Counted from the stretch's first letter, positions 49,986 through 63,932 are shown. The stretch is 64,000 bases of DNA from Catajapyx aquilonaris (GCA_000934665.2 KZ539116.1:1-64000); one strand, 5' to 3'. The notes: a model not told the origin generated them from the letters alone. Numbers and translations are program-made.

Positions 49986-50095
49986 ATGACGAATTGCGAC
50001 ATTTTGTAGTATCAGTTGTTCAGTCTTTTAAGTATACATAGGCCTATACGTAAAAGACTGAACAACTGATACTACAAAATGTCGCAATTCGTCAT
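49986..50095. repeat. Near-perfect palindrome (~45-bp stem)
   Basis: atgacgaattgcgacattttgtagtatcagttgttcagtctttta ... taaaagactgaacaactgatactacaaaatgtcgcaattcgtcat. Confidence 0.92.
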
Positions 50096-52098
50096 TGTCG
50101 CACTGCTGGTCATATATGGTACTGATTATTGATGGTGCAATTTCTACACAACAACTTTACAAGATGGGAAGATACACTGTACACTCCGGGCCTGTTGCAC
50201 GTTTATTCTGCCTATATAATTTCTTTTTGGGCTCATAAAGAGGGTACATGCACTATATCCTTGCCCTGAAAACGCCACAGAGTGAGTGACAAGCCCATGA
50301 AAACGCGATTTGTTCCCTGCCTATGATGGCAAAAGCCGAGTGAAACCAGTTCGGCTCACCACGTCGGTATCGCGGAACTAACGAGCATTTGAAGGACTGC
50401 TACCAGACGGCCACATGAAAACTGTCATGTGGATCACAAGGTTAGAACAAAAAAGTAATCTCAGGAGCGATCGACAGCCAACACATCAGGAACAGTTCAC
50501 CCAAAAAGCCACGTAATATTCGCGTCAGCGGAGGCAGCCACAACAAAATAATGAAATCGAGCCAAAGTGCCAATCAGGAAGCACAAATGAAGGGTATGCC
50601 CTAAACGAGCCCTCTATGTGAATGACCACATCACAGCAGTTGGCCCACAATTTCATCTTTGCATGCAATCATGACCTTCCACAGGTGTACCCCTATGTAT
50701 CGCATGTTATTTCGACACTCCCCAATTTGAATCCGTGCACTGTACCATTTTAAAATTACAAACTACACACACGAGTTTGTACAAGCGACTATTTGTCAGA
50801 TTCAAGTGTCACAAATTTAAAATTCATTATTTTTTTATATTTGCTGCCCTGGGTATATTTCCCGTCACGCGATACATCGCTTGTATTCATTCGTTTTGGC
50901 TGCATGTTGTGTAAGGGCCAAGGGAAGAGGTGCGCGTGTATCATCACGCCTAGTAATTGGCAGCAGCTTGTTTTTGTGCTTGTACACGTGCGTAATGACA
51001 TGCATGCAGTCAGTATTGAAGTGGCAGCCAGCAGATTTGTTGCTGCATTGATGTCCCACCTGTTATGCGAGGCTGCTGGCTGCTGGCCATCAGCAAATAC
51101 ATGTAGAGGGAATACAGGCATATATACACATGCAATCAGCTCAACAAAACAGGACATGCATTTTCTATCTATTATTCAGTCCTAATATTACTATCAGATC
51201 CGGTATACCATAAATGGTGTGGTAATTTGCCGCGACTTTAACTGTTACTACCATATGGCCAGAACCGGTCTATTGCATGATCCTGCGGTACCTCGTAAAT
51301 GAGCGTTGTAAAAATTCTTCTCAAAATACCACTCTATTTCTGTCAAACTTGTTGCACATTACAATAAAATATGATATACTGTATATTGGTTCCGTCGGAT
51401 GTCCCAACACATTTACGTCTAATAATTGTTCTAGTAATATTTCATCACAATTAAAGCTGCAATTGATGACTAGTAATGGACACCATTTAACTCGGAATCA
51501 ATTCATGCTTGGTGATTTTAAGTCAATGGAAGTGAATTGAAAACTGCTGGACACGACACGAATGAAATCAAACGGATATATCAGATAATAATCTTGTTGT
51601 ACACCTTGGCGAATATCAACAACGTTCTTCCAGGGTCGTGATCTGATCAAGTCCACAATATTCAATAGGGAGGTACCGGAAAATGTAATGGACTGTTTAC
51701 CCCCAGCAACCTGTTACAAGAAACAGTCGGGATCATATATTCACTTGCCCTCAACATTGTTTCATCAATTTAAACTGGTTTCTGGGGGTGAAGAATCAAT
51801 AATTTTACCCACCTTCTTTTAGACTCTGATGGACTTGGGCACTGAAACCAACCATAATTCTGCAACATATGTCATATAACGTAGGCAGTCCTTTTCTTAC
51901 ATGTTGGCATGGAATTAAAACAAAAGAATGTGAATGGAATGAAAAGTGAACGGAATTCAGTGGAGGCTGAATCGAAGGTGAATTAAATAGGAGTGGGCTA
52001 TAGTCAAGGTGTGCCGCAAAGTTCGTGTATATGCGGGGGTTTCGAGGTGACCGCGTGACCCCCAACCTGTGACAACGATGGTCGGTTAGGAAAATAAA

Positions 52099-52830
52099 CA
52101 GGGTGATCCGTTTGGGTAGGGATAATTTAAAATATGTATCATAATCAACACATAACCCGTACCAAGTTTAAATTCTGCCAGTTTGGCGAGGTAAGTTGGG
52201 AGATTCATGCACTGCACTCACAATCGGTGCACCTGATGCGTTGACCCTGCATCGTGACCAAAGAGGATGGATGTTGCATAACCCGCTGTATACGGACCTT
52301 TTTTTCTCTGAGGACACCATACGATCAGGACCATATTTTGGCATGCTAAGATCTTCTTGGCACCATAACTGGACAACAATAGCATTTTCAGTCCAGCAAG
52401 ACGGAGCCCCACCCTACTGGTCACTGGAAGTCAGGAAGTTCAATAACACTTTCAATGACAATTGGTGTGGCCGTGGCGGCATTATTCCTTGGCCTGCAAA
52501 CTCCCCGGATCTCACTCCCACCTATTTATTCGTGTGGGGTTTGGAAGAATATCGTCTACGGAAAACGACCTCAAAGCCTGGATGACCTGAAGGTGAAAAT
52601 TTCTGCAGCATTTGCACAAATCACTCCGGAAATGTTACCCAAAACATGTGGCAGGAATTGTGCACCCGGTATCAACTCTACCGAGTACACAAAGGGGGTC
52701 ATGAGATCTACAGAGTCCTAGACAAACTCTCACTCATAAAGGTAATTTCTGCCTAATTTGGATCTATTATGTCTGTTACAACACATACCACAGCATTTAA
52801 AAATGATAACTACCCAAACGGATCACCCTG
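52099..52830 (+). mobile_element. Internally deleted Tc1/mariner element with a decayed transposase (52196-52721)
   Basis: TIR cagggtgatccgtttgggtag / ctacccaaacggatcaccctg|TA. Frameshifted peptide QQDGAPP...WCGRGG..PWPANSPDLTP..FVWG..KNIVY..RPQSLDDLK is a DDD catalytic-domain remnant. Confidence 0.9.
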
Positions 52831-53492
52831 TATTTTACAGGCGCTGAAGCCGTGAGTCTTGAGAGACACTATTGCAAAGTCAAAAGGCATAATACAGCAG
52901 TGGTATTACCTATTAAAAACCTATCATGTCTCAGTTATAATCTGCTGGTGCATGGCAGCGAAATTGTCCAGGTATACAGTGTGAGACACAATAGACAGTT
53001 CATCCAGTCGCCAGTAGTAGATTATCATAAGATGTCTAAAATAAGTATAAGAAAATCAAATATCGAGAAACCAACCGGTAAAGGTGTAAACGACGAGGAA
53101 CGTAACTTTTTACTCGGGCTATGCTCTGTTGCTTGCGCATGAATACGTTCTATAGGAAAAGGTGCAATGCGGGTGGCCGCGCGTGTCTAATGGGCACCCA
53201 AATCGTCACCTTCGTCTACGTCGTTAACAGTTGACGACTCGCCCATTCATTTTCGACTCATTTCGGTATTATTTTGGGTAGTATTATCTTGTAGTGAAAG
53301 AATCAAGATGTTTGTATTATATTGTGCCATTTCTATCGTTTTTATTCTTCTTCTATAGACATGAAATCATTTCTTAATGTATTTGTGTGGTATAATATGT
53401 AATTTTTCTTGTATGAGTGTATAAATGTGGAATGGAATGTGAAGGCATTGTTGGTCGGCCAAGTGGCAGTTGCTGCAGGCCGACCCTGTTAA

Positions 53493-53782
53493 CCCTGGAA
53501 CCGTGCCGTGCCTGAAAGTTACGGCAACCGTGCCGTGGGGTCTTTTCGGACCCCATCCATATTTTAATTTTTTTTAATTTTTATATAATACTTTTCAATG
53601 TATTGACTATACGAGTAGGCAATCATTCTTTGAACTATGCCTAAAATGATCGCTAATTCAAAATAAACACACACTTCCTGTTATATACTGTAAAAAAAAT
53701 TGGAAAAAGTTCATTGTAATCATCATTTTAATCAATTTTAATTCCTTGGGGTCCAAAAAGACCCCACGGCACGGTTCCAGGG
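53493..53782. mobile_element. piggyBac-like MITE
   Basis: TTAA|ccctggaaccgtgccgtg...cacggcacggttccaggg|TTAA, with an internal repeat of the TIR motif. Confidence 0.9.
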
Positions 53783-54380
53783 TTAAATAAAGCTGATGAT
53801 GATTATGATGATGCGTGACAAAAGAGATCGCAATCGGGGGCAGCCTCAAGGAGTCATCGTCAGTGCATATAAATTATTAAATTTCACAACCTACCATCAT
53901 TGTCATAGGTCAGAGTCATCTCGAAAATCCCCCGTAGACGCAAGCAGTGCGGCGCACCTTGTATTTGTAATTCGGAAGTCGCATAGTCAACATGACATTC
54001 GCGGCACTGCAGTCGTACTGTCGTCACAGCCTGCAGCATACCGTATTACACTCCTATACATTGCTAATTTTGTCACTGCCGGCGTTATACCGGTACATGC
54101 GTAAGGTATACACATACTGTAGCTGCATATGCATAAGCTATAGGACGGAAATAGATGGGGAGTCAAACTAGTACCGCTAACTGATGCTTAGTGACACAAG
54201 GTATGATCTTGGAATCGCTAAGTGCACCTACACCTCCCGAGTTTAGTGTGCATGTGACACTCCTTGTGACGTATAGAGAGGTTTAGAGCAAGTCATTTTC
54301 AATCTTCCGTGATGCCATGCAGATAAGTCAGCTACCAGCATCCATCGCTTTTTTTTTTTTTTTTGGTTGGAATTCCACCC

Positions 54381-54563
54381 CCTATACCTCAACGACCTCA
54401 ACTCAATAAGCGCGATAACTTATAGCGAAAAGAGCCTCGCAAAGACGCGGAGGTGTCCTATCACGTGTACATTTCGGAGGTATTGCACGTTGCGTCAAGT
54501 GCAACTCCGCCTGTTATAACCCTAAGTTGTCGCGCTTATTGGGTTACGGTAGGATTAGGGTAG
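54381..54563. repeat. Degenerate inverted repeat / MITE remnant
   Basis: aactcaataagcgcgataactta / taagttgtcgcgcttattgggtt. Confidence 0.55.
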
Positions 54564-55419
54564 CATTAAGATAAGGCAATGGGTGACAGCTGACTTACGA
54601 GGCTGAACGAGGTAGGCCTATGTATTGTAATGATTTGGGAGGGCATACTACAAATGCTGAAAAAAATTACACACGTTTGATCCCGAGGTTTTACTTTTAA
54701 TACCATTCGCATTTGAATGAAGCGCTTCTCCGTCATGCAAAACAGACATTTTATTGAACATAAAAATTATCTACTACGTGACTCGATAACAGGTAGCCTG
54801 CTAATCACTCGTGACCCATTAACAAACATACTGCAAGGATAACAGCATTGATGAGGAAGACGCACTGCTGCACATACGCACACCTGGGGTTAAACATGAC
54901 CCACACATATTACTGGAATAACCTAAATAAGCTACATTATATTATTATACGAGGGCCGTACCAAAATGATTTACAATCCCCCCNCCCCCCCCCCCCCGAA
55001 AATACAGGGCATATGCTGGTCGGCAAATATAGGCACACGTATCGACAGAATCATTTTGGTACTGCCCTCGTAATTCTGTATAATATATTATACAGAATTA
55101 CGACGTTATTACAAAGAATTAAAAATAATTAAAAAAGTTACATAGAAATATATTTCTATATAACTTTTGTATTATATTCAGCACCCACCACATCCTCTCC
55201 CCCAGGATGTCCACCGGATACCAACCACTGATATTTGATCCTCCACCTATAGGTAATATATACCAGCGTTTTGTGGTTTTTGTAACACCCAAGATCCGCG
55301 AGTGCAGCTGTGCTGGTTGGTAGGTCATTGTCCATTGAAACACATCACAGCAACGAACCCGTATAGCAAGCAACAAGTGGGAAGGTTGTGACAGCATACA
55401 ATATGCTGCAGCTACTTAC

Positions 55420-55637
55420 ATAGGGATGCTGATATTTTTTATCTGCTTCGTGGTCCAATTGGCGTCCCTGAGCTCGGGCACAGCGCACCAGTGGTCTGGT
55501 GCAGCCGAGTGCAGCATGTATCCCATGTTGTGGAAATCAAAAGAAATGCCTGCCAGAATGGTGGCCGTCAATAAGCTCCATTGCCATGGACCAAATTCAC
55601 CCACCACCGAGAGTATGTCTTCAAACTTCTTCTTCAT
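55420..55637 (-). CDS. SLC22/Orct-like organic ion transporter, coding exon 1 (MKKKFEDILSVVGEFGPWQ...DHWCAVPEL...SIP)
   Basis: SLC22 N-terminal signature FEDIL..VGEFG.WQ and HWC.VPEL. Phase-2 donor AT|gtaagt. An acceptor ttgttgttgcag just upstream of the ATG implies a 5'UTR exon further upstream. Confidence 0.9.
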
Positions 55638-58600
55638 CCTGCCCTATCTGCAACAACAAATTGAGGCTCTGTGTTAATTGCGATCGCGTGAGATACCGTG
55701 AGGAGTGTGCAAGTGAATAATTAACCTTCGCCAGTTTTCCTCCTCTATAGCTGTACGTGGAACTATGTGTTGTTGTTTTTTTAAAACATTCTTTTTTCCC
55801 GCTCACTCATCCCATTCACTTGAAGTGGCTTACAGTCATTGAGGTTATGACCAGAGGCTAATTAGTATGCACTTCAAACGAAGAAAAGCTTGGAGTCGGT
55901 TTTTTAAAAATCTAATGTTGTCTCCTCTTGGTCGCACTTCAATGCCACCCACACACCACTTGCACCCCTGAAAAGTGCATTATAATGAGCATTCTAGGGC
56001 ACAATTGGCGTATGCTTGACATTCGAGAGGGACCCAAGAGGAGACGACATTTAATTTTTTTTCTGTCATAAACTTTTCTTTCCTCGGCAGAGCAAGCCTG
56101 CATTTCGGATCTGAACGAATTAATAAAATTACCGAGGAGTAATACACAGTACAATACACTGACTGATTAACGCATCCTTTTATGCAACTACCGCCACTCA
56201 AAAAACAAGTACGAACCTTCATAGCACGTGATTGCTTATATACTACTTCCATGAAACATATTCATAATCATAAATATTTCGTTGCAACCCATGTTGTTGA
56301 CATATTCCATCGCATTGTCACATATAACTGATACAATACAACTATGAGTTATTCATAAACGTTTCCTTCAATATACAGCAACAACTGGAAAGAGTTTGAA
56401 GCAGCCAAATAAAACTCAAACAATTGCTTAATTAGTGCATACATCTTCGAATCGACCCTATAAACGTATTACAAACAGATATTCCAAGAGAAGACCACCT
56501 TCTCGTACATATGTTTGCAAAGTAGTCTACTCATGAACATCACGATAATACAGTATAAAAATTTATCAGACTTCCCATCCTACATAATAAGATATACAAA
56601 CACGTGTTTTTACACCCTCGTCACTGTATGGGTAGAAGCAGCAACACCATAAGTCACACTTTACACAGCACAACGGAAACGCCTACCATCAATCGGTGAT
56701 CTCCGTAATCCAAGACGCACACCGAAAAAGCACCTTAAGTCCAAAAGCCACAGAGAACAACAAGCGCGATCAAGGAGTCCCGTCACACATATGAGGGAAA
56801 AACCAAACGTAGAGAGTGAGGAAAAAAGGTCAGCAATTCCAGGAGCATTACGTGACCAGGCCCAGCAGCAGGTGGTACACTGTTCGAGATAGAGGCGATA
56901 TGTATACATGATACAACAATGCTTCTTATTGCGCAAGTAACATCTGCATCAACACATTCATTATGCACAGTAATATTACCATTCGCCAAAATGTCCTCTT
57001 CCCGCCCATTTGCTCTTTCGCTCTACTCCTTCCTGCTGGTGGCCAATTAAGTCATCATCTCAAAAGAATATGTATAGCCTAAATTATACACAAAACCGAC
57101 TGCTAATTGCTGTTATTATTTATTTCGTCCAGTTGATCCTTGATTATTTTTCATTAAAAAAAATTGTCCTTGGCATAAAAGGTCAAGTTGTAAACACCAA
57201 AACTAACCATCTCGAAATAGTGACTTTCCAAAAGCACAGAAGTAAAAAAACAAGTCTGCCATACACGCCATAAAATGTATTCACATCCAGCATGTATACA
57301 GTCGTGACAAGTGTCCCTCCCACTTCTTCACTCACACATTACGTAATTCCCCCTCCTATAAATAGAACTGGCATTAAAACCTAGATTCATCGCGCAAAAA
57401 TGAATGATTGAAACTCGTTAAAAGAAGTGACTGTTCTTGACCTTTGGATCACAGCTTGATTCATCCAAAGGTCTCCACCCGCAAGCGTGGGATGGGAAAC
57501 TGGAAGGTGAAGAAACAGATCACAATCTTCGTGGAAAATTTTCAGGGAAGGTCGTGGGTATAGGAACAGGAGCGTCATAATATTACATACAAAAACTGGG
57601 CACCTCTTACGTATAGTGACGTCAAAGAAGATCTTCGCCAAGGCCGCCAGCGCCAGTGTAACCACTAAAAAGTTGTTCTAACACCAAACACTTCTTTCCT
57701 GCACGCAGCATCTATTGCTTTAAGTGCTCATTCGTGACCTGCACCACACGAGGTTGATACTGTGCGTATGGCAAAATCCTGCAGTACATTAGACAATGGG
57801 AGAGTGCTGACTGCACAGAGGACACACATGAGCACAGGGCCTTGACCCTCATGTTAACATCCGTTGACAGCAGTTGCCGACATTGCTATTCGTTCATAGA
57901 ACACAACTGTCTCATCAAGTCCGGCCTGACAGCATGAGATTTTTTGTATCCATATCTTATGTGGTACAGTCGCTTATGTACAACTGAAATGTAGTGGTTG
58001 GCGATTTTTGGAACTAAGCTGCTTATTTGCACGCATAGTTAAGAACAAATATTGCATGCTAATATTAGGCTGAATTGATTCACCTATCCTAGCTCTGAAT
58101 TTCTGATAGGCAATGGCCCGTTCGAACTATTGGTAACTTATAGCTAATATATGGAATGTGAATAATAAAACCTAATTTCGGAGGACAGGCAGGGTGGGTC
58201 CACGTATAAGCAGCTTAGTGTCAAAATATCGATAACTACTACGGACATTTCAATTAGAATATCCTGTATATGTTTTATTTCGACCTTCCGTGCAGGCGTG
58301 GTATATAGTGTCAGAGGCTTGCGAAAACAGGTCATTAAATTGAAGTGGAAATAAAATACTACTGTAGGGGGTCCTAGCGGTCTTCGACCTTGTTGTTGTG
58401 ATGGGACCCTTTTTTTCCTCTACAAAACTGCCCTCTCTAAAAAGAACTATCAGAGTACCTTTTTTTTTTTTAATGCGACTTCCGAAGTCATGTGAAATCA
58501 AACTCAGAGTCACGGTCCATCACACTGCCACATCCCCTGCTATGCCACCTGCCAGCGTGACGTACAGTTAATCCCTGTTCACACCGGCACTCACACTACG

Positions 58601-58753
58601 ATCCCTTCTGGCCTCAGACATCCCTTGATAGTTGATGATTCCGATCGGTCCGGAAACTCACTGAACCGGACATATAATAGTCTATTATCGCATGCCGATT
58701 CCGAAAATAATGAAAACGGATGATGTTCTGTAGCCTTCAGTCAGAGAAATTTT

Positions 58754-58754
<1 letters not shown>

Positions 58755-58796
<42 letters not shown>

Positions 58797-58856
58797 GATG
58801 GTGGTGGTGGTGGTGGTGGTGGTGGTGGTGGTGGTGGTGGTGGTGGTGGTGATGAT
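58755..58856. repeat. Compound microsatellite (ACT)n(GGT)n
   Basis: Direct reading of the sequence. Confidence 0.95.
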
Positions 58857-59078
58857 ACAATCGGAAAAAAATATACTCTGACATACAAGAAATAACGCAG
58901 ACGGGAATGGTGACGTGTTCTTACAAGTACCAGTCTCAAATCGACCAATGCAATGCGTCAACCAACGCCCAACAGTAGTCTAAAAAAAATTAATAATAAT
59001 AACAAACACAACAACATTATCATTATTAAATCATCATCAACATCATCATCATCAATAATAATAATAATAGTAGGGTAG

Positions 59079-59244
59079 TACTCAAGTGCGAAAAACGAAA
59101 CGACGATCTGTCGGCATCGTCACACAACAATGAGTAAACAGTGTCAACATAAATAACATTGTTAGCTCCTATTGTTGCCTATTGGTACAAAATGATGACG
59201 TCAGATCGTCGTTTCCTGGTCGTTTCGTTTTCCGCACTGTAGTA
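59079..59244. mobile_element. Small MITE, copy 1
   Basis: Arms gtgcgaaaaacgaaacgacgatctg / cagatcgtcg...cgttttccgcac. Central atgagtaaacagt is shared with 61237-61383. Confidence 0.65.
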
Positions 59245-61236
59245 AAAATTTCTCTGTGCATGTACAGAACATTTATCAATAGCAATAAAAATAAACTATA
59301 CATGCCTTATAACTTATAATATTTAGTCGCCCCTTATCATGCCTCTTCCAGTCATCTGCAGGGATTGAGATTAACTATATTAATCATAATGCGTGCAGTA
59401 AGGCCGGACACCCAGACACAGTGTCAAGCTGAATGACGTCACTAATATCCACATGTCCCTGAGTATTACAACACATGGTATTTCTCAGTAACAGGGCAAA
59501 TATTGAATATACAATAGTGAAGGTCACATGCATCACTTGGTGGGAGACTTTATCATGATTCCTGGATCCACTACCCAGACAAAAAAGAGGTGGGCAGCAC
59601 GTCCATGATAAACAACAAAAAACTTATCTGTACTCGTACACTACACTGTAGTCCACTACACCTTTACAACATTTTTTCTTCTTCTTTTGGTACGAATTTA
59701 ATACTAATCTGAAGGCAGAGGTAAAAATATGTGGAGGGAGATTTATGTCACTCCATGCACGGTGCATTATTTATTGCAAGTCTACCCAGTAAAATATGGA
59801 GATCAATTGTTCAACTACTCAAGGTTACCGAAAGAAATGTCACAAGCACATGTGTGGTAAATTTATTACTGCGACTTAATATTAGCCCCATCAATTAATC
59901 GCAAAATTTTCATTTCAAAATTAAGTGCCAATTTAGTACTGAATTGCTAATTGTGGAATAATCCATAGCATATGAAATATTCTCAGTTTCTCACTCCCAA
60001 TTTTCAACAACTTACAACCCTTACAATACCATACAGCAATCTCAGTTCCCATTGTGTAATTCAGTTATGAATAGCAGGGAGCTTCACTGATAACATGGTT
60101 CCGGCAATCCTATCAAGCACTACATGATAACATGACAATGGCACTGACCTGGCTACACGTGGTCATTTACAACAATTAATGATCCACATTCTTGCTACTC
60201 ACAGATATCCAGTGAATACCACACATAACGACACCTTTCCTTGGTGTGCATGCCCTTGGCTCATTGCACAACCCATACAGGAACTTAAAGCAATGCCACC
60301 CACTCCAAGTCACGACCCGTCACACCGGATAAAGCAACAATTCCCCCTAGAAAATCTTATTTATGTAATAAAATCCCGTAAGTGGCAATATTGTTGCACA
60401 ACCATGCACATAATGAGCCCCTTAATTACGTACTCCGACTCACCTGGCAAATTCCTGGAGCTGCAAACGACGGTGCCCAGTGCTAGGAAAGGCAGCCAGA
60501 CTTGTCAGTACCCCTGGTCCGCCCCGGGGCCAATTGCCTAGATCCCGTGCCGTACATCTGGACACTATAGAGGGGGGGAAATGTACACTTCACAGTGGCA
60601 TTTAGAGGCCAACACAGGTCACTACAGGGGCAACACGTATTTTTTGGGGGAACCGATCTTGCTCAGCACATGGACGATCTGGGTCCGTGTTAGTCGATAG
60701 GAGAATGTGGGATCGATACTATCTGGTGGATGGTTGGGGTGTGGTGGAGTGGCCCAGGAGGAAGACATTTTGGAGCATTCTGTGGCGGGAATTTCAAATA
60801 GGAGGATAGGAGTTGGATTATATTTTGGGAGTTATTTCCTAGTTGGAGGCAACTTATTGATTGGTCAAGGTCAAATGTGGAGTTTTGTGGTGGGCGTTAT
60901 ATGCCGATATTGCATTCTTGACGTGCCGAGGAACTCATTATCTCGGGTCTGCAAAAGGAGGAGGGATGGATGGGTTTAAAGGAACCGTAAGTGGTGATAG
61001 CTGATAGGCTAGAATCAAAGATCTGATAGGTGTTGGTTTCTTGGATGTGACAACGGAATTAGTTTTGGTATATTCGAGTGGTAAATCGGGAGTCGAGGTT
61101 TTATCAGGTCTTCATTAAAAACAATGAAAATTGCTTTTAAATATCTTGTACGTCATAAACTTGGGCATATTGGCCTTCTTAAATGCCAATAATGCCACGA
61201 ATCTTCTAGGTCTCTATACACGATGAAGCTATTACC

Positions 61237-61383
61237 ATAATGTACGGAAAATGAAAAAACGATCTGACGTCATCAAGGCTTCCATGGAAATACCCTCACA
61301 GAACAATATGAGTAAACAGTAGCAAAAAAAAATAATGGAAGAAACGATGACGACAGATCGTTCTCTCGTTTTCCGTACATTAT
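61237..61383. mobile_element. Small MITE, copy 2
   Basis: ataatgtacggaaaa...acgatctgacgtcatc / gatgacgacagatcgt...ttttccgtacattat. Confidence 0.68.
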
Positions 61384-61392
61384 ACTATTATA

Positions 61393-61560
61393 TAGTTACA
61401 GCCTCGTTTTTATAAAACTTTTCATGCGCGTGTTCACACTCTGTGAAGCTGAAAAATAATTTTCACCTAATTCATATAAATTAGATGAAAATTATTTTTC
61501 AGCTTCACAGAGTGTAAATACTCGTATCATGATGAGTTCTACTAAATGAATCTGTAATAG
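61393..61560. repeat. Foldback palindrome (near-perfect core 61431-61520)
   Basis: acactctgtgaagctgaaaaataattttca ... tgaaaattatttttcagcttcacagagtgt, with degenerate outer arms. Confidence 0.85.
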
Positions 61561-63932
61561 AATAAACCAGCGCAGACTTTTCACTGGGTACAAGGTGATT
61601 TAATTTATCCTATTTTCCTATTCATCTATTTTTTTAAAAACTTTTAGTAGACTCAACAGGGGTAACGCATGAACTGAGTTGCTTGAAATAAGTCATCAAA
61701 TTCCAAAACAGCTTCAAACCATGGAGAACTTTCATGCTTAACATCTTTATCAATCCTATATCCAAGAATTTGCCGATCTATATATGGTTGATGGTAGGGT
61801 TTTTTTTTTGTACTGAAGTCCTGTTTTATGATTTATTGGTGCATTATTTTGTTTTGAATTAGCGACAGAATGGGGAAATACCACGTTAGCAGGAATTCCA
61901 TTACTTGTCGTTCAGGAGATAGGTAACATACTGTATACTGTTCATATCATTCTTAAGACTTACGTCAAACATCGTCAAGTAATCTCCAAAATTGAAGATT
62001 TTTTCATATGTATTTTTATATGGCTTATACTGGAAAAATGCCACATAATTAGTGTCGCAGGAAAGTGTGTTAATTAAGTATAATTAAGTGTAATTAAGTG
62101 TGTTAATTCCTGGTTACAGGAATAAACTCACAACGCTAAATTCCTATTTCAAATATATGGAATTTTTTCACCTCGCATCCAACACTCCAACTCCCATTGG
62201 GAAAGGTCACCTGGGCCATGAAGAGACTCACTAAAATAATCTGAAATTCCTGTATTTTGAAGTGTTCGACCGGAAGAAGATAGCCTGGTTTTGATAATAT
62301 TGGTGAGATAGATATTGAATAGGCGCAGTGGTCTACCAGTAGTTGGGAGAGATGGCGGGATATAAGTTAGTTCAGGGCCTTGGATAGTTGGCAAAATAAA
62401 TTTTTTTGATATCACTTTTCGCCTAAATGGTCATTGTCTCAACCATTGTATGCATTAGGCGTCCCTTTGCATAAATATTATTATTGCAATGCAAATATTA
62501 GTGGGCCTACCGTTTTGACACAAATTTTTAAAATTAGTTTTCATCATAATTCTGTGACAGCCCCTATATGGCTATCATCGCACTAACCTCGGATTCATTT
62601 TTCGAGCACCAGTTGCCAAGCACTCAAGCCATCAGTAGTCCTTCACTTCATATATCAAGGCTCTCACCTAACTGAAATTTTATAGAAGTGGCGAAACAAG
62701 TGAATGCTCCTTTGTGCAAGATCTTACATTACGTATGAATGCTGTAAGATGTCCCACATGAACTATTCGAAACTTTGAGTAATATACCCGCTTGCAAACT
62801 GCCATGTGAAGTCAGACACTGCCATACGTCCTATTCCAAAAATTCTTTGGGCATTCTCAAAGGCTCAAAACCTGTTCACCATCTACCGTACCTGAAAATA
62901 ATTATAGGGAATGTCCAATCTGGTGGAAAATGTTCGTTATGGACTTTGAAAATATGGAACCACGTAAGGCTTAGAAGAGTTTGTGTCGGGCCCAGGGTCG
63001 GGCCCTGGTGTCGGGTGAGGTCGAGATATCTGCCACCATGTATGCTTGTGGAAAATACATTTTCAAAAAGTTTTAAAGACAAACACTACTTATTTTTGGA
63101 ATATGGTAAATAATATGATTTCTTTTTCCCCAATCTTGTCCCCAAGACGCGACTTATTATGCCAATTTGAATATGTGCAGGTAATAAAGATTCCGCTCGT
63201 TACCGTATGTAATCTGGCAATTGTACGACATGTAAGTTCATCGACGGCTAGACGACCCTACGAATCAGATCTGGGCCGGGTATGAATCCGGCGGTTCGTA
63301 TGGGTATCGCAGAAGGAGCGTGCGGGCTCGGTCGGGCCGGTCGGACGCAGGCGGGCGGGATAATAATCATGTGCGGGATGAGAGCAAAGCCGTCATCCAT
63401 CCATGGATGCACCGACTGCATCGGTGCTGCGAAAATGGGAGAAAATCCGCAGGGCCCCTGTCGTGGTATTGATTGGGACTAGGGTTTTTTTCTTTGGAAT
63501 GGAAAAAGCTCCGACGTTGCAGCAGCAGCCAGGCATCCAGAACTGGCGTCGGCAGCCAGCAGCAGCAGCAGCAGCAGCACTCGGTGTGGACTTCATAGCA
63601 ATTCATAGGGCTGTCAGAGCCAAAGTGAACCGCCATAATAACGCGGCTTTGGCCGGGGAAATGAGCGTTGATTGATCCTCCAACGGCGGGGAAACAGCGC
63701 GCCGAGACCACATCATTCCTTTTCCCCTAATAGGAGCTGTCACTCGCACCCGACGCTCTCCAGATTCAAATTAAACGCCCCCTCCCCACCCACCCACCCC
63801 CTCTGAACCCCTCCCCTTTTCCAACAGCAGCCTGCACCCCCCACCAAGGTCCTCTCCTCCATTTCTATACCCCGCCACCCACCCCATCCACACGCCCTGC
63901 CTGACTGCCAACACCCCCCCCCCCCTAACCCT

